A stretch of 64,000 bases of DNA from an uncultured Pseudomonadales bacterium (GCA_964618725.1 CAZUBK010000002.1:67992-131991); one strand, 5' to 3'; shown: positions 46,861-59,700, counted from the stretch's first letter. A program made the numbers and translations. The notes: a model not told the origin generated them from the letters alone.

Positions 46861-48036
46861 TTACTTAATGATTTTGGTAATAACACCAGCACCGACGGTC
46901 TTGCCACCTTCGCGAATAGCGAAGCGGAGACTGTCTTCCATGGCGACAGGTTGAATTAATTTAACCGTCATTTTGGTGCTGTCCCCAGGCATGACCATTT
47001 CAATGCCAGCAGGAAGAGTGACTTCACCGGTAACGTCAGTGGTACGAATGTAGAATTGGGGCTTGTAGCCGGTGAACATAGGAGTGTGACGACCACCTTC
47101 ATCTTTGCTTAAGATGTAGGCTTCGGCTTCAAACTGCGTATGCGGGGTAACGGAACCGGTCTTGGCAAGAACTTGACCCCTTTGAACATCGGCTTTCTCA
47201 ACGCCGCGGAGGAGAACTCCGGCATTGTCTCCAGCTTGAGCCTGGTCGAGTTGCTTGTGGAACATTTCGACACCGGTGATGACAGATTTCTTGGTGTCAA
47301 CTAAACCGATAATTTCGATTTCGTCACCGACTTTGGCAACACCTCGCTCAACTCGGCCAGTAACAACAGTACCACGGCCTTTGATGCTGAAAACGTCTTC
47401 AACAGGCATAAGGAAGGGTTTGTCGAGGTCTCTAACTGGAGTTGGAATCCAAGTGTCGACGGCGTCCATAAGCTTCATAATGCCTTCCTGAGCCGCTGCG
47501 TCACCTTCAAGGGCTTTGAGGGCGGAAATACGGATGATAGGAGTATCCTCTTCGTATTCGTATTTCTTGAGCAATTCCTTGACTTCCATTTCGACGAGCT
47601 CGAGAAGCTCGGGATCGGAAACGGCGTCAACTTTGTTTAGGGCAATGACTAGCTTTGGGACATTAACCTGTTTGGCCAAAAGAAGGTGTTCTTTAGTTTG
47701 GGGCATCGGACCATCGGTAGCGGCGATAACTAAGATAGCGCCGTCCATCTGAGCAGCACCGGTAATCATGTTTTTGATGTAGTCGGCGTGTCCAGGAGCG
47801 TCGATGTGGGCGTAGTGACGATTGGCGGTTTGATATTCGACGTGAGAGATGTTAATGGTGACTCCACGCTGTCTCTCTTCAGGAGAGTTATCGATTTCGT
47901 CAAACTTTTTAGCTTCGGCGAGACCTTTTGTAGCGAGAGTTGTAGTGATAGCGGCGGTAAGGGTGGTTTTACCGTGGTCGACGTGACCAATGGTGCCGAT
48001 GTTAACGTGAGGCTTAGAACGATCAAATGTTGCCAT
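46861..48036 (-). CDS. tuf: elongation factor Tu
   Basis: [15 protein letters not shown] and the [12 protein letters not shown] and SALKALEGD motifs. Confidence 0.95.
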   Translation of the reverse strand: MATFDRSKPHVNIGTIGHVDHGKTTLTAAITTTLATKGLAEAKKFDEIDNSPEERQRGVTINISHVEYQTANRHYAHIDAPGHADYIKNMITGAAQMDGAILVIAATDGPMPQTKEHLLLAKQVNVPKLVIALNKVDAVSDPELLELVEMEVKELLKKYEYEEDTPIIRISALKALEGDAAAQEGIMKLMDAVDTWIPTPVRDLDKPFLMPVEDVFSIKGRGTVVTGRVERGVAKVGDEIEIIGLVDTKKSVITGVEMFHKQLDQAQAGDNAGVLLRGVEKADVQRGQVLAKTGSVTPHTQFEAEAYILSKDEGGRHTPMFTGYKPQFYIRTTDVTGEVTLPAGIEMVMPGDSTKMTVKLIQPVAMEDSLRFAIREGGKTVGAGVITKIIK

Positions 48037-48107
48037 ATGGGTTGTAAAAATAATTTGTATTAATTTCTAACTAATGTTTAGAATTCAAAGATTAATTGTA
48101 CCAAAGA

Positions 48108-50243
48108 TTAGGCAGAAACGCCAGAGGACTGTTTAAGTAATGGTGCAGCGATATTGTCGGGCAAAATCTCATAAGAGTGGGGTTCCATGTAGTAGTTAGC
48201 CCGACCTTGAGTAATAGAACGGATATCGGTGGCGTAGTTACTTAATTCGGCCAGAGGAACAAGAGCAGTGACAATGCGGGCATTACCACGTTGATCGTTA
48301 CCAAGAATCTGGGCGCGACGACTACTAAGATTGCCGATGATGTCACCCATGAATTCTTCTGGGGTGGTCACTTCGACTTTCATAATTGGCTCAAGAATGA
48401 CGGGTTTTGCCTTCTTGACGGCATCTTGGAGAGACATAGATCCGGCAATTTTGAAGGCAATCTCAGAGGAGTCGACGTCATGATAACTACCATCGTAGAG
48501 CTCGACTGAGATATCGGTCATAGTGTGACCAGAAATGAGACCGTTATCCATGGCTTCGAGAATGCCTTTTTCGATAGGACTGATAAATTCTTTAGGGATG
48601 GAGCCACCGACAATCTTGTTGAGGAATTCACGGCCTTCACCACGGGCCTTGGGAGCAATGCGGATCAGACAGTGACCATATTGCCCACGACCACCACTTT
48701 GTTTGATGTATTTACCTTCACCATCGGCTTTTTGAGTAATGGTTTCTTTGTAGGCAACTTGAGGGGCACCGGTACTGGCGTCGACTTTGAATTCGCGTTT
48801 GAGTCGGTCAACGAGGATCTCGAGGTGGAGTTCTCCCATGCCGGAGATGACGGTTTGACCAGTGTTTTGATCGGTTCTGATTTTGAAGGTTGGGTCTTCA
48901 TCGGCGAGGCGATTAAGAGCGAGACCTAATTTCTCCTGGTCGACTTTGGTTTTGGGCTCAATGGCGAGGGAGATAACTGGTTCAGGGAAAGAGATACTTT
49001 CCAAAACAACGGGGTTGTTTTCATCACAAAGAGTATTACCAGTGACGGTTTCTTTTAAGCCCACAGCGGCGACAATTTCTCCCGCTTTGGCTTCGTCGAT
49101 TTCCTCACGAGTGTTGGCGTGCATAAGAAGGAGACGGCCAATACGTTCCTTTTCGCGTTTGGAAGAGTTGTAGATATATGTCCCGGACTTGAGGGTGCCA
49201 GAGTAGATACGAATATAGGTGAGACGGCCAACGTGGGGATCGGCCTGGATTTTGAAGGCCAGGGCGGTAATGGGAGCAGCAGGGTCGGGTTTGGGGAAAA
49301 CTTCTTCGCCAGTACTGGCGTTAGTTCCTTTAACGGGGGGGACATCGAGAGGAGAGGGAAGGAAGTCAACAACACCATCGAGGAGGGGCTGAACACCTTT
49401 GTTTCTTAGAGAAGAGCCTGGATAAACGGGGACGATCTGATTACCGATGGTGGCATTTCGCAGGACGGCTTTAAGTTCATCGAGAGTAGGCTCATCTCCG
49501 TTGAGATATTTTTCAAGAAGAGTGTCGTCAAACTCACAGATCTGTTCGATCAAGAGAGCTCGATATTTCTCGACTTCGTCTTTCATATCAGCGGGGATAT
49601 CGGAGGAGATCGTATAGGCGGCGCCAGTTTGGTCGCCTTCCCAGATGACAGTTTGCCTTTCTAGAAGCAAGATGATGCCTTTAAAGAAGTTTTCAACTCC
49701 AATAGGAAGAGCCATAATGGCCGTTTTAGCACCTAACTTTTCATGAACGTCTTTGATGGTGGCGTGAAAGTCGGCACCGAGAACATCCATTTTGTTGACG
49801 AAGGCAATGCGAGGAACCTTGTATTTATCAGCTTGACGCCAGACGGTTTCAGTTTGAGATTGGACACCGGAACCGGCATCTAAGATAACGACGCCGCCAT
49901 CGAGGACACGTAGGGAACGCTCAACCTCAGCGGTAAAGTCAACGTGGCCGGGGGTGTCGATGATATTGAAGCGGTGTTCATTTTTGATGCGGGCGTGTTC
50001 CAAAACAGGAGTCCAAAAGGTGGTGGTAGCGGCGGAGACGATGGTGATACCACGTTCCCTTTCTTGCTCCATCCAGTCCATTTGGGTGTCACCGGCGTCA
50101 ATATTGCCGATTTTGTAGGATTTGCCGGTGTAATACAGGATTCTTTCCGTGGTCGTGGTCTTACCAGCGTCGATATGGGCAATGATGCCGATATTTCTGA
50201 CGTGATCTAGGGGTAGATTTTTACTTGGTGTAGCCATATACAT
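48108..50243 (-). CDS. fusA: elongation factor G
   Basis: [19 protein letters not shown] and the DTPGHVDF and NKMD motifs. The track starts at MYM; the true start may be the second Met. Confidence 0.95.
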   Translation of the reverse strand: MYMATPSKNLPLDHVRNIGIIAHIDAGKTTTTERILYYTGKSYKIGNIDAGDTQMDWMEQERERGITIVSAATTTFWTPVLEHARIKNEHRFNIIDTPGHVDFTAEVERSLRVLDGGVVILDAGSGVQSQTETVWRQADKYKVPRIAFVNKMDVLGADFHATIKDVHEKLGAKTAIMALPIGVENFFKGIILLLERQTVIWEGDQTGAAYTISSDIPADMKDEVEKYRALLIEQICEFDDTLLEKYLNGDEPTLDELKAVLRNATIGNQIVPVYPGSSLRNKGVQPLLDGVVDFLPSPLDVPPVKGTNASTGEEVFPKPDPAAPITALAFKIQADPHVGRLTYIRIYSGTLKSGTYIYNSSKREKERIGRLLLMHANTREEIDEAKAGEIVAAVGLKETVTGNTLCDENNPVVLESISFPEPVISLAIEPKTKVDQEKLGLALNRLADEDPTFKIRTDQNTGQTVISGMGELHLEILVDRLKREFKVDASTGAPQVAYKETITQKADGEGKYIKQSGGRGQYGHCLIRIAPKARGEGREFLNKIVGGSIPKEFISPIEKGILEAMDNGLISGHTMTDISVELYDGSYHDVDSSEIAFKIAGSMSLQDAVKKAKPVILEPIMKVEVTTPEEFMGDIIGNLSSRRAQILGNDQRGNARIVTALVPLAELSNYATDIRSITQGRANYYMEPHSYEILPDNIAAPLLKQSSGVSA

Positions 50244-50304
50244 AAATAAAACTGCTTAAATTAAGCAGCTTAAAGCTATTAACGTAGATTATTTTAGCAT
50301 GAAG

Positions 50305-50340
50305 AGGAGAAAAAAGAAAAGCGCACCCGAAGGCGCGCTA
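50305..50340 (-). terminator. intrinsic terminator (AGCGCGCC-UUCG-GGUGCGCU plus U-tract) ending the dinD-like transcript
   Basis: 8-bp stem with one G·U pair, a UUCG tetraloop and a UUUCUUUUUUCUCC run on the minus strand. Confidence 0.7.
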
Positions 50341-50356
50341 ACTGTCGGTGATTGCT

Positions 50357-50461
50357 TTAATAGTTGCCGGTGGCACCTAAAACGGTAGGAAGATGTGACC
50401 ATTTCCGACGAATGTTTTTACCTTCGAAAATGATTGGACCGGATTCCTTTTGTACGTTCAT
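50357..50461 (-). pseudogene. truncated duplicate (34 codons) of the 5' end of the adjacent DinD/Bro-N-like gene
   Basis: Its product MNVQKESGPIIFEGKNIRRKW matches MNEQKESGLIIFEGNNIRRIW of the 50469..51302 gene. About 80% nucleotide identity over roughly 70 nt before the sequences diverge and a stop codon follows. Confidence 0.6.
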
Positions 50462-50468
50462 AATTGGA

Positions 50469-51302
50469 TTACTGTAGTTGTTTTTTTCTAAGTGATAGGA
50501 AGTTTGAATTACTAATGACTTTTCGCCCAGTTACTTTTTCAAGTTTTTTGCGAGCGAATCCCGCGATATTACCACCACGTCTAGCAACTAACTTGTTTTG
50601 ACTGAAGTTCTTTGGTTCCACTGCCTTGGATATCTCAGTTGTGGATGCCTCGGCAAGCATATTAAGAACAAGTTCTAGATTAGTCATATTGTCGCGGAGA
50701 TTCTCTTTTTTGAGGCTCTTGTACTTTTTATAATCTTTAGTTTTTAGTCCGGCCCAGGCAAAAGTTATTTCATCTGTTAGAATGGCAAACTCTTTTCCTT
50801 GTTTGACGCCACGATCTTCCCATTCATCAGTCAGATCTTTTCTTATTTCGATGCTCTTGAGCCGTTGATTAATCCATTCTTTGGAGTATCCGCGGGCGAG
50901 GTAGAAACGCATTGCTCGATTGATAGCTTTTTCTGGATCTTCAGATTCTTCGACTCTCTCGTAACCAACTCGAGCAAGCCAGAGTTTGAATGGTTCGGCT
51001 TTGGAGGAGGGGATGGATTGAATGATACGAAACATGGTTTCGGTGTTGGCAGCGTCAGTAAGATAGAACTTACCATCCTTGGATTTCATTTTCAGTTGGT
51101 GACATTTTGTCACCACCTGACTTCCTTCGTCACGAAGTCGTTGTGCGAGCTTATTCCAGTATTTTCTTGCATCTGCGCTAACACTAAGTACTCCAACAAT
51201 ATCAACTACGGAAAAATACCATTCTTCCTCTTTGTCATTCCAAATACGGCGGATATTATTACCCTCAAAAATTATTAGTCCAGATTCCTTTTGTTCGTTC
51301 AT
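50469..51302 (-). CDS. DNA-damage-inducible protein D (DinD)-like protein with an N-terminal Bro-N domain
   Basis: N-terminal IIFEGNNIRRIWNDKEEEWYFSVVDIVGVL fits the Bro-N consensus. The C-terminal KKENLRDNMTNLELVLNMLAEASTTEI...KLVARRGGNIAGFARKKLEKVTG resembles DinD. Own TTGACT...TATTCAAT promoter ending 6 nt before the ATG. Confidence 0.6.
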   Translation of the reverse strand: MNEQKESGLIIFEGNNIRRIWNDKEEEWYFSVVDIVGVLSVSADARKYWNKLAQRLRDEGSQVVTKCHQLKMKSKDGKFYLTDAANTETMFRIIQSIPSSKAEPFKLWLARVGYERVEESEDPEKAINRAMRFYLARGYSKEWINQRLKSIEIRKDLTDEWEDRGVKQGKEFAILTDEITFAWAGLKTKDYKKYKSLKKENLRDNMTNLELVLNMLAEASTTEISKAVEPKNFSQNKLVARRGGNIAGFARKKLEKVTGRKVISNSNFLSLRKKQLQ

Positions 51303-51340
51303 GATTTAATTGAATACCAAACTATACCCGAAGTCAAGGG

Positions 51341-51370
51341 GTAAAGAAAAGCACGCCGAGAGGCGTGCTT
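51341..51370 (-). terminator. intrinsic terminator for the 51381..51659 gene (aagcacgcc-gaga-ggcgtgctt plus U-tract)
   Basis: 9-bp stem followed by UUUUCUUUAC on the minus strand. Confidence 0.65.
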
Positions 51371-51380
51371 TGCAAAAAGA

Positions 51381-51659
51381 TTAGCTGAAAGTAGCAACCA
51401 AAAATACGAGTAAGAAAGTCAAGAGACAAGAACCAAAGAGAGTCCAGAAAAGAAATGAAATCATTAAATACATGGCCCACCACTCATTGGTGGCATCTAG
51501 TTTCTCAAGTTCTTCATTCTCAAGATCGATTCCATTTGTTTCTCGATCGAGAATAATCTTGGTATGGAAGAGAATAGGAATAAATGAAAAAGGAAAGACT
51601 ACTAGAATCCAGAGGAGTTGAAAGATATTGAGCTCGCGGTAAGATTCTTTGTCTGACAA
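51381..51659 (-). CDS. hypothetical small membrane protein (2 TM, acidic loop)
   Basis: TTG start with GGAGGTG 6 nt upstream. Has its own terminator. Confidence 0.45.
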   Translation of the reverse strand: MSDKESYRELNIFQLLWILVVFPFSFIPILFHTKIILDRETNGIDLENEELEKLDATNEWWAMYLMISFLFWTLFGSCLLTFLLVFLVATFS

Positions 51660-51735
51660 AGTACACCTCCATAGTTTTGGATATGGGTATTATAGCATGA
51701 GAAGGCGCAGCCCCTTAGAGCTGCGCCAAGAAAAG

Positions 51736-51948
51736 TTAAGGTAAGCGATTGATGATTTTCTTCGTAATATAGCCAAAGAGAAGCATGGCAACTCCAAGCC
51801 AGCTCATGAGGGCGAAGATCACAAGAGGCATAGTACTACTACCATCATTGTTGTTTCCCGCGTCTAGCCAATGCCAAGAGGCCGTAGCTGAGACAGAGAG
51901 ACCAATAAGGTATATAAGTAGCCAAACCAGTCCAGGTATCTGATCCAT
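51736..51948 (-). CDS. hypothetical small membrane protein (2 TM)
   Basis: AAAGGA Shine-Dalgarno sequence. Hairpin GGCGCAGC...GCTGCGCC lies downstream. Confidence 0.45.
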   Translation of the reverse strand: MDQIPGLVWLLIYLIGLSVSATASWHWLDAGNNNDGSSTMPLVIFALMSWLGVAMLLFGYITKKIINRLP

Positions 51949-52015
51949 TTTGAATCCTTTCTAAAGGAGCAAAGATACAGGTATTATAACAGATTTATAT
52001 TGAAAGATATAGGTC

Positions 52016-52492
52016 CTACCAACGGAAGTGACTAAAGGCCTTATTGCTTTCGGCCATTTTGTGGGTGTCGAGCTTCTTCTTGATGGCGGTGCCTTCGTTG
52101 TTTAAGGCGTCGAGAAGCTCGGCGGCAATTTTCTCGGCATAGGTGTGATAGGTAGAGTTACTTCTGGCGCGAGCGGCGTTGACTAGCCAACGGACAGCGA
52201 GAGTCTCTTTGCGGTCACCACGGATTGGGGTGGGGACTTGGTAGGCGGCACCACCGATACGTCGACTTCTGACTTCGATCTGGGGTTTGATGTTTTCGAC
52301 GGCACTACGGAAAACCTCAAGGGGATCCTTCTTGGCTTTGGCTTCAAGGATCTTGAAGGCATCGTAGACTTGTTTTGTCGCGACGGATTTTTTGCCTTCG
52401 TACATGCTGCGATTGATGAGTTTGGCGACGAGCCGGGATCCATAGACTGGATCGGGTTGGATTTCTCGGTGGGGGGCTTTTTTAGAACGCAT
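52016..52492 (-). CDS. rpsG: 30S ribosomal protein S7
   Basis: [22 protein letters not shown]. Confidence 0.9.
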   Translation of the reverse strand: MRSKKAPHREIQPDPVYGSRLVAKLINRSMYEGKKSVATKQVYDAFKILEAKAKKDPLEVFRSAVENIKPQIEVRSRRIGGAAYQVPTPIRGDRKETLAVRWLVNAARARSNSTYHTYAEKIAAELLDALNNEGTAIKKKLDTHKMAESNKAFSHFRW

Positions 52493-52531
52493 GTTATTTG
52501 GGTTTAGTTTCGGTTAATTTATTCAGTACCT

Positions 52532-52966
52532 TTATCCGGTATTTTCAACTTTTGCAGGGGCAGGGCGGCGGGTGCCGTATTTGCTGCGGGAAGTCTTTCT
52601 GCCCTCGACACCGGCGGCATCGTAGACGCCCCTAACAATGTGGTATTTAACACCAGGAAGATCTTTAACACGACCACCTCGAACTAGGACGACACTATGC
52701 TCAGCTAGATTGTGGCCTTCACCCATGATATAGGCGGTGACTTCCTGGCGGTTGCTGAGACGAACACGAGCGACTTTACGAAGAGCGGAGTTAGGCTTCT
52801 TTGGCGTCATGGTCTTGACCTGGAGACAGACCCCGCGCTTTTGAGGATTGGTGGTCTTGATGATGCGACGCTTGGCGGCATTGTAGCTACGACGAAGAGC
52901 GGCGGCTTTGACCTTTTGAATTTTGGCTTTGCGGCCAAATTTAATAAGTTGATTAACTGTTGGCAT
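52532..52966 (-). CDS. rpsL: 30S ribosomal protein S12 (C-terminal extension)
   Basis: [13 protein letters not shown]...[19 protein letters not shown] 52966 is preferred over the track's TTG 52996. Confidence 0.9.
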   Translation of the reverse strand: MPTVNQLIKFGRKAKIQKVKAAALRRSYNAAKRRIIKTTNPQKRGVCLQVKTMTPKKPNSALRKVARVRLSNRQEVTAYIMGEGHNLAEHSVVLVRGGRVKDLPGVKYHIVRGVYDAAGVEGRKTSRSKYGTRRPAPAKVENTG

Positions 52967-53026
52967 TTGTTTGTTTTTATTAACTTTCTCGACCAATAAC
53001 GCTTAGTCGAAAAGTAGACGACTTAT

Positions 53027-53055
53027 ATTCTACCAAGGTTAAGCGTGATTGACAA
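53027..53055 (-). promoter_or_regulatory. sigma70-type promoter of rpsL (TTGTCA, 17-nt spacer, TAGAAT)
   Basis: The reverse complement of 53050..53055 is TTGTCA and that of 53027..53032 is TAGAAT. Immediately downstream of the rpoC stop codon. Confidence 0.55.
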
Positions 53056-53060
53056 TCGGG

Positions 53061-56000
53061 TTAGATTGCGGCGCGCTCGGGTGAGGTAGGAATGAGACGA
53101 CCGATAATGACATTCTCCTTAAGACCAGTGAGCGGATCAGTCTTGCCTTCAAGGGAGGCGGTCGTCAAGATCTTGGTAGTATCTTGGAAGGAGGCGGCAG
53201 AGAGCCATGACTCGGTGAAGAGGGAGGTCTGGATTAGACCTAAGATGACGCGAGTTGCAGTAGCTGGTTCCCCACCTTCAGCGACAACGGCCTCATTAGC
53301 GGCCTCAAAGAAACCACTACTGACGACTTCTCCGGGAAGGAGCTTGGTATCTCCGGCAGATTCGACTCTGACTTTGTCGGACATCTTTCTGACGATAACT
53401 TCAAAGTGTTTGTCGTTGATGGGAATGCCTTGAGACTGATAGACACTTTGAACTTCTCTTATCAAATACTCTTGAGCAGCACGGAGCCCTTTAACTTTAA
53501 GGATAGCCCGAGCATCTAAATCACCGGAAGAAAGTTGATGACCGGCAGGGATGAGCTCACCATCAGTTACATTGAGAGTAGCGGTTAGGGGGACCAGATA
53601 TTCATGACGATTTTCTTTGCCGCCGATACTGGGGGTAACGGTAACTCGGAAACCGGCATCAGTTTCTAGTACTTTGACTTTACCGGCAACTTCGGAGATG
53701 GGAGAGAGATTCTTGGGGTTTCTGATCTCAAAGATCTCGGTAACACGAGGAAGTCCTTGAGTAACGTCTAAACCAACTACACCTGAACTGTGCTTGGTAC
53801 GCATGGTTAGCTGAGTACCTGGCTCGCCGATACTTTGGGCGGCGAGGACACCGACCGGATCACCAATAACGGTAGTTTTTCGGTTGGCGAAGTTCCAACC
53901 ATAACAGTGGACACAAAGACCAATACGAGCCTGGCAGGTGAGAGGACTTCTGACTTCTACCTCTCCTACTTTGGCATTGAGAATCTTGTCGAGGGCGACT
54001 TCGTCGATGATCTCGTTAGCACCAAGAATAGCCTTCTTGGTCTTGGGATTGAGTATTTTTGTAGAAGTGAAGCGACCGAGGAGACGTTCAGAAAAATTCT
54101 TACCACGGTCACCTTGCGTGGAAATGAGGAAGCCTTGTGTGGCACCGCAATCTTCAGAGCGGATAATGGCGTCATGACTGGCGTCGACTAGACGGCGAGT
54201 CAGATAGCCGGCATCGGCTGTCTTAAGAGCGGTGTCGATGAGACCTTTGCGAGAACCTCTGATGGAGTTAACGTACTCAAAAATAGAGAGGCCTTCACGG
54301 AAGTTGGCTTTGGTCGGAAGCTCAACAATATTACCAAGCGGATCGACAACGAGACCTCTCATGGCAGAGAGCTGTTTGACGGTGTCTCGAGTGACACGAC
54401 CAGCACCGGACTCGATGATGAGACGGATTGGGTTGTCAGGACGAAAAGCGTCCCAAGTAAGATCGGCGAGTTCGTCGGTGACTTGCATCCAGATTTTGTT
54501 GTTTAAGTTCTGGCGTTCTTGATTGGTAATTAGACCGAGACCAAAGTTTTGTTCGACTTCAGCGACTTCCTTGTTACCACGTTCAATGATTTCCGGTTTT
54601 TTATCATACATTTCGTTGTCAGAAATGGCGAAGGAAAGTCCGGAAGTAGTGCCGGCTTCGAAACCGAGACGCTTAATGTCATCAATGAGTTGGACAACTC
54701 TGCCTGAAGGAAGGGTGGCGAGAGCTTTCTCGAAGAAAGCCTTAATCGTCTTGTTATTGATGGGTTCGTTGACTAGACCGAATTCGGCGGGGAGAACTTG
54801 GTTGAAGATGATGCGTCCAGGAGTGGTCTCAATAATTTGTCCGTTAATTTGGACCTTGATCAATTGGCGAAGAGTAATCTTTTTGAGACTGTTGGCAAGA
54901 AGAACCTCCTTGGTAGAAGCAAAAATGGAGTGAGAGACGGGTAGCTTTTCGTCAATAGAGGTGAGGTAATAGATACCAACGGCCATTTCTTTACGGGCGG
55001 GGACGGTGACAGGAGAGCCTGAGGAGGGTTTGAGAATATTGAACTCAGGAAGCATGTGATTAAGGGCTTCTTCTTTGGCTTTCTTGGTTAGAGGAATGTG
55101 GACAGCCATTTGGTCTCCGTCAAAGTCAGCGTTGAAACCATCACAGACGGCGGGGTGAAGACGAATTGCAGAACCCTCGATTAGAACAGGAAGAAAGGCC
55201 TGGATACCAAGTTTGTGTAGAGTTGGGGCGCGGTTTAGAAGAACTGGATGGTTCTTAGTGATTTCCTCGAGAATGTCAAAGACTTCGGGGGGGCGGTGCT
55301 CGATGATATTCTTAGCCGACTTGACGTTGGGGGCGAGACCCTTGAGAATGAGTTCGCGCATAACGAAAGGCTTGAACATCTCGAGAGCCATCTCTTTGGG
55401 AAGACCACACTGATTGAGATTGAGTTCTGGACCGACAACGATAACGGAGCGACCTGAGTAGTCGACACGTTTCCCGAGAAGGTTTTGACGGAAGCGGCCT
55501 TGCTTGCCCTTGAGCATCTCAGAGAGAGACTTAAGTGGTTTAATACGACGACGACGAGTAGTCTTGCTTTGAGGAGCGTCAATGAGAGAATCGACGGCTT
55601 CTTGAAGCATACGTTTTTCATTTCTTAAGATGATTTCGGGAGCACCGAGTTCGATAAGATAGCGAAGGCGATTGTTACGGTTGATGACGCGACGATAGAG
55701 ATCGTTTAAATCAGAAGTGGCGAACCGTCCACCGGAGAGTTGAACCATGGGACGAAGATCCGGGGGAATGACAGGGAGAGATTTTAGAATCATCCATTCA
55801 GGATCTACGCTTGCGCTCAACATGCCAACAACAACTTGGAGACGCTTAATAGCCTGAAGCTTTTTACTTTCCGGACCGTCTTTGATTTGAGTGCGAAGAT
55901 CGGCGGCAAGCTGGTCAAGATTAACTTTCTTTATGGCTTCGATGATGGCCTCGGCACCCATACCAACGGTAAGGAAGTCGATGGCGTCATAATCCATAAG

Positions 56001-56744
56001 TTTGAGATATTCATCTTCAGAGAGAACTGAGTTCTCATCAATTTGATTAACTAGATCGACGACGGTTTTGTAGATATTTTCGAGGACGGTTTGTTCGGCA
56101 ACCATTTGTTCGCGAAGATTGGCGACTTGTTGCTTGGCTTTTAGTTTGACAGACTCGGATTGAAGAGACTCCTCTTCTTTTTTGGTTTTTTTGGCTGATT
56201 TGACTTCGGATTCGGCAGCACCCTTGAATTCCTCGATTTGGGTATCGAACTTGGCTTTTGTTTCGATTTTCTTTTCTTCTAGTGCCTTGTCTAGATTCTC
56301 AATGATGGTTTGCTTTTTGTTGTCATCGATATCAAGAACGAGGAAACGAGCAAAATAAATGACGGAGGCTAGCTTTTTGGGAGAAAGGTCAAGAAGAAGA
56401 GAGAGTTTGCTTGGAGCGCCTTTGAAAAACCAGACGTGAGCAACGGGAGTGGCGAGTTCAAGATGGCCCATGCGTTCACGACGAACTCGGGAAAGGGTGA
56501 CTTCAACTCCACATTTATCACAGACGATGCCGCGGAAGCGGATACGCTTATATTTGCCACAATAACATTCCCAGTCTTTGGTAGGACCAAAAATTCGCTC
56601 ACAGAAGAGGCCATCCTTTTCAGGCTTAAGAGTACGATAGTTGATGGTTTCAGGCTTAGTAATCTCACCGTGGGACCAGCTTCTGATCTCATCAGGAGAG
56701 GCTAATTTGATTTGGAGTCCCTGGAAGTCAACTAGATTCTTCAT
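53061..56744 (-). CDS. rpoC: DNA-directed RNA polymerase beta' subunit
   Basis: The zinc-binding N-terminus [23 protein letters not shown] and the NADFDGDQM catalytic motif. Confidence 0.95.
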   Translation of the reverse strand: MKNLVDFQGLQIKLASPDEIRSWSHGEITKPETINYRTLKPEKDGLFCERIFGPTKDWECYCGKYKRIRFRGIVCDKCGVEVTLSRVRRERMGHLELATPVAHVWFFKGAPSKLSLLLDLSPKKLASVIYFARFLVLDIDDNKKQTIIENLDKALEEKKIETKAKFDTQIEEFKGAAESEVKSAKKTKKEEESLQSESVKLKAKQQVANLREQMVAEQTVLENIYKTVVDLVNQIDENSVLSEDEYLKLMDYDAIDFLTVGMGAEAIIEAIKKVNLDQLAADLRTQIKDGPESKKLQAIKRLQVVVGMLSASVDPEWMILKSLPVIPPDLRPMVQLSGGRFATSDLNDLYRRVINRNNRLRYLIELGAPEIILRNEKRMLQEAVDSLIDAPQSKTTRRRRIKPLKSLSEMLKGKQGRFRQNLLGKRVDYSGRSVIVVGPELNLNQCGLPKEMALEMFKPFVMRELILKGLAPNVKSAKNIIEHRPPEVFDILEEITKNHPVLLNRAPTLHKLGIQAFLPVLIEGSAIRLHPAVCDGFNADFDGDQMAVHIPLTKKAKEEALNHMLPEFNILKPSSGSPVTVPARKEMAVGIYYLTSIDEKLPVSHSIFASTKEVLLANSLKKITLRQLIKVQINGQIIETTPGRIIFNQVLPAEFGLVNEPINNKTIKAFFEKALATLPSGRVVQLIDDIKRLGFEAGTTSGLSFAISDNEMYDKKPEIIERGNKEVAEVEQNFGLGLITNQERQNLNNKIWMQVTDELADLTWDAFRPDNPIRLIIESGAGRVTRDTVKQLSAMRGLVVDPLGNIVELPTKANFREGLSIFEYVNSIRGSRKGLIDTALKTADAGYLTRRLVDASHDAIIRSEDCGATQGFLISTQGDRGKNFSERLLGRFTSTKILNPKTKKAILGANEIIDEVALDKILNAKVGEVEVRSPLTCQARIGLCVHCYGWNFANRKTTVIGDPVGVLAAQSIGEPGTQLTMRTKHSSGVVGLDVTQGLPRVTEIFEIRNPKNLSPISEVAGKVKVLETDAGFRVTVTPSIGGKENRHEYLVPLTATLNVTDGELIPAGHQLSSGDLDARAILKVKGLRAAQEYLIREVQSVYQSQGIPINDKHFEVIVRKMSDKVRVESAGDTKLLPGEVVSSGFFEAANEAVVAEGGEPATATRVILGLIQTSLFTESWLSAASFQDTTKILTTASLEGKTDPLTGLKENVIIGRLIPTSPERAAI

Positions 56745-56759
56745 GTTTGTTTCAAATAT

Positions 56760-59700
56760 TTATTTAATTTCTTCTGGCTCCTCTGAGACTACTTCCTCAG
56801 TGTCGATATCTTCATCATCGCCCAGATCGCCTTGTTCTAACTCTTCATCATCATCGAGGTCGTCCTCTTCTTGATTTTGAAGGTCTCTAATGGAGATACC
56901 AGTGTCTTCTAATGACTCCTCGGCAGAGACGGTGACAGGGGCAAGAGGGGCAGTGTCGTCAGTAATGGCAATCGCTTCGATTGGATTTGTCGGAATGATG
57001 TTTAATCCAAGAGAATTGAGTTCTTTAACCAAAACTTTGAAGGATTCTGGGATGGTACTTTCGGGAATCTCGGTACCCTTAACGATCGCTTCGAAGGCTT
57101 TGGAGCGACCAACAACATCATCGGACTTGATGGTAAGCATTTCTTGAAGAGTGTGAGCACTCTTGTGAGCTTCGAGGGCCCATACTTCCATTTCCCCAAG
57201 ACGTTGACCTCCCATTTGAGCTTTACCACCAAGAGGTTGCTGGGTAACTAGAGAGTATGGACCTGTGGAGCGGGCGTGGGTTTTGTCTTCAACCATATGG
57301 ATGAGCTTCAAGATGTAACCGATACCGACGGCGGTTTCCTCCTGGAAGGGTTCACCCGTTCGTCCATCAGTTAACTGAATCTTGCCAGAAACTGGTAGAC
57401 CAGCTTTTATCATTTGAGCGGTGATACGATCTTCATTGACTCTTTGAAAGACAGGGAGGCCGACTTTAAAACCATTCTTTTCAGTGGCCCAGGCGAGTTG
57501 AGCTTCTAGAAGTTGGCCCAGGTTCATACGAGCGAGGACAGAGAGGAAAGAGATGATGATGTCGACGGGAGTGCCATCGGGGAGGGTGGGCATGTCGGAA
57601 GCGGGGACGACTTTACTGATAACCCCCTTGTTACCGTGACGACCAGCCAGCTTGTCTCCAACGGTAATTTTTCTTAGTTGAGCGACGCGGACTTTAATTT
57701 GCTTGATAACACCCGGATCGAGTTCGTCGCCACCTTCACGGTCGAGGACTTGGACGTCGATAACAGTTCCCGACTCACCATGAGGCATTCGAAGAGAAGT
57801 ATCACGGACTTCACGAGCCTTTTCACCAAAAATGGCTCTCAAGAGTCGCTCTTCAGCAGTTAGTTCGGTTTCACCTTTGGGGGCAATTTTGCCGACGAGA
57901 ATGTCGTTGGGTCCGACGTAGGAGCCGATGGCGACGATACCTTCGGAGGTAAGATTTCTTAGATCGGTCTCGGCGACATTTGGGATATCGGCGGTAAGCT
58001 CTTCTGGACCTAGCTTGGTATCCATGACTTGAGCTTCATACTCATTGATATGAATCGAAGAGAGGAGATCCTCTTTAACAAGACGGTCTGAGACGACAAT
58101 AGCGTCTTCGTAACCGAGTCCCTCAAAGTTGGCGTAGGCGATGATAAGATTTTGACCTAAGGAAAGTTCTCCATTGTGGGAAGCAGGGCCGTCGATAAGG
58201 ACGTCGTCTTTTTTGATGGCGTCACCGGTTTTTACGAGGGGTTTTTGAAGGTAACAGGTGCTCTGGGCGGTGCGATAGAAGGTTTTGAGGAAATAGGTGA
58301 CTGTATCATCTTTGACAGAGAGACCCTGGATAGAAGTGGTTGTGCCAAGTTTTTTCAGTTCATTTTGATATTTGTCAGCGACTTTGATGGTGATGTGAGA
58401 AGCATCACTGCTAATGACGACGCCGTCAAAGTGGGAACGCACTACCCATCCCATGCTCTCGGAGACCATGCCTTCCATGCCGGTACCAACAATTGACGAC
58501 TCTGGGCGAACGAGAGGAACGGCTTGACATTGCATATGGGTTCCCATGAGAGCACGAGTACCATCATCGTGTTGGAGGAAAGGAATAAGAGAGGCGGAGG
58601 TGCCGACAACTTGGTGAGGAATGAGGTCGATTAATTGGATTCTGTTAACATCAACCTCAATGAACTTGTTTAGATGACGAGCGGGGACCCATTCTTCTGT
58701 AATGTAATCACCTTTTCGCTCCACGTCGGCGTGGGTAATGAAGTAATCTTCTTCGTCGTCAGCGGTGAGGTAAACGATTTCGTCGGTGATCTTCATTTTG
58801 GTTTTACCACCTTTTGTTTCAGGAACGACCTTGAAATAAGGAGCCTCGAGGAAACCAAACTCGTTGACTTTGGCATATAGAGCCATATAGGTAACCAGAC
58901 CAATGTTGGGTCCTTCTGGCGATCTGATAGGACAAATCCGAGAGTATTGAGAGGCATGGATGTCGCGCATGGAGAAGGAGGCGCGCTCGCGGGTGACACC
59001 TCCAGTACCCATAACCGAGAGACGACGTAGGTTGTCGATTTCAGCAAGAGGATTGACTTGATCGAGGATAGAAGAGAGACGGTTTCGTCTAAAGAATTCA
59101 GAGATAGTAGCGATAATGGGGCGGGGGTTGACAAGAGAGGAAGGGGTAATGAGTTCTTCTTTCTTAACCAGACTCATTTTCTCACGGATGCTTCGCTCAA
59201 GACGAAGGAGTCCGACGCGGAAAGCGTTTTGAGAAACGAGCTCGCCAACACGACGAACACGGCGATTACCGAGATGATCGATGTCGTCAATTTTACCGGA
59301 ACCGTTTTGAAGCTTGATAAGGTAACTGATGGTAGCGAGGACGTCTTCTTTTTTCAGGACAGAGTTTTCCGGAGTAAGAGGAATGTTTAGACCAAGGCGT
59401 TTGTTGGTCTTGTAGCGGCCAACGAGGCCGAGCTCGTAGCGACGAGGATCAAAGAACATTTGATAGAGGAGCTCCTTGGCGTTGTCTAAGACAGCGGGTT
59501 CGCCGGGTCGGATCTTTTGGTAGAACTCAAGAAGGGCTTCCTGTGTAGTCCTGGTGGGATCTTTGAGGATAGAGGCAGCAATATATTGGTGATCTTGATT
59601 GGTATCAATATCTTTAAAGATGTTTCTGATTTCGTCGTCGTTGTCATAGCCCATGGCGCGAAGAAGAGTAATCGCAGAGAGTTTTCTGTTTCGGTCGATT

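Noticed and set aside
50252-50268. Second hairpin (ctgcttaa-a-ttaagcag) immediately upstream of the fusA ATG
   Set aside because: The loop is only 1 nt if fully paired. A stronger terminator already exists at 50305..50340. It may simply be fusA promoter/leader sequence.
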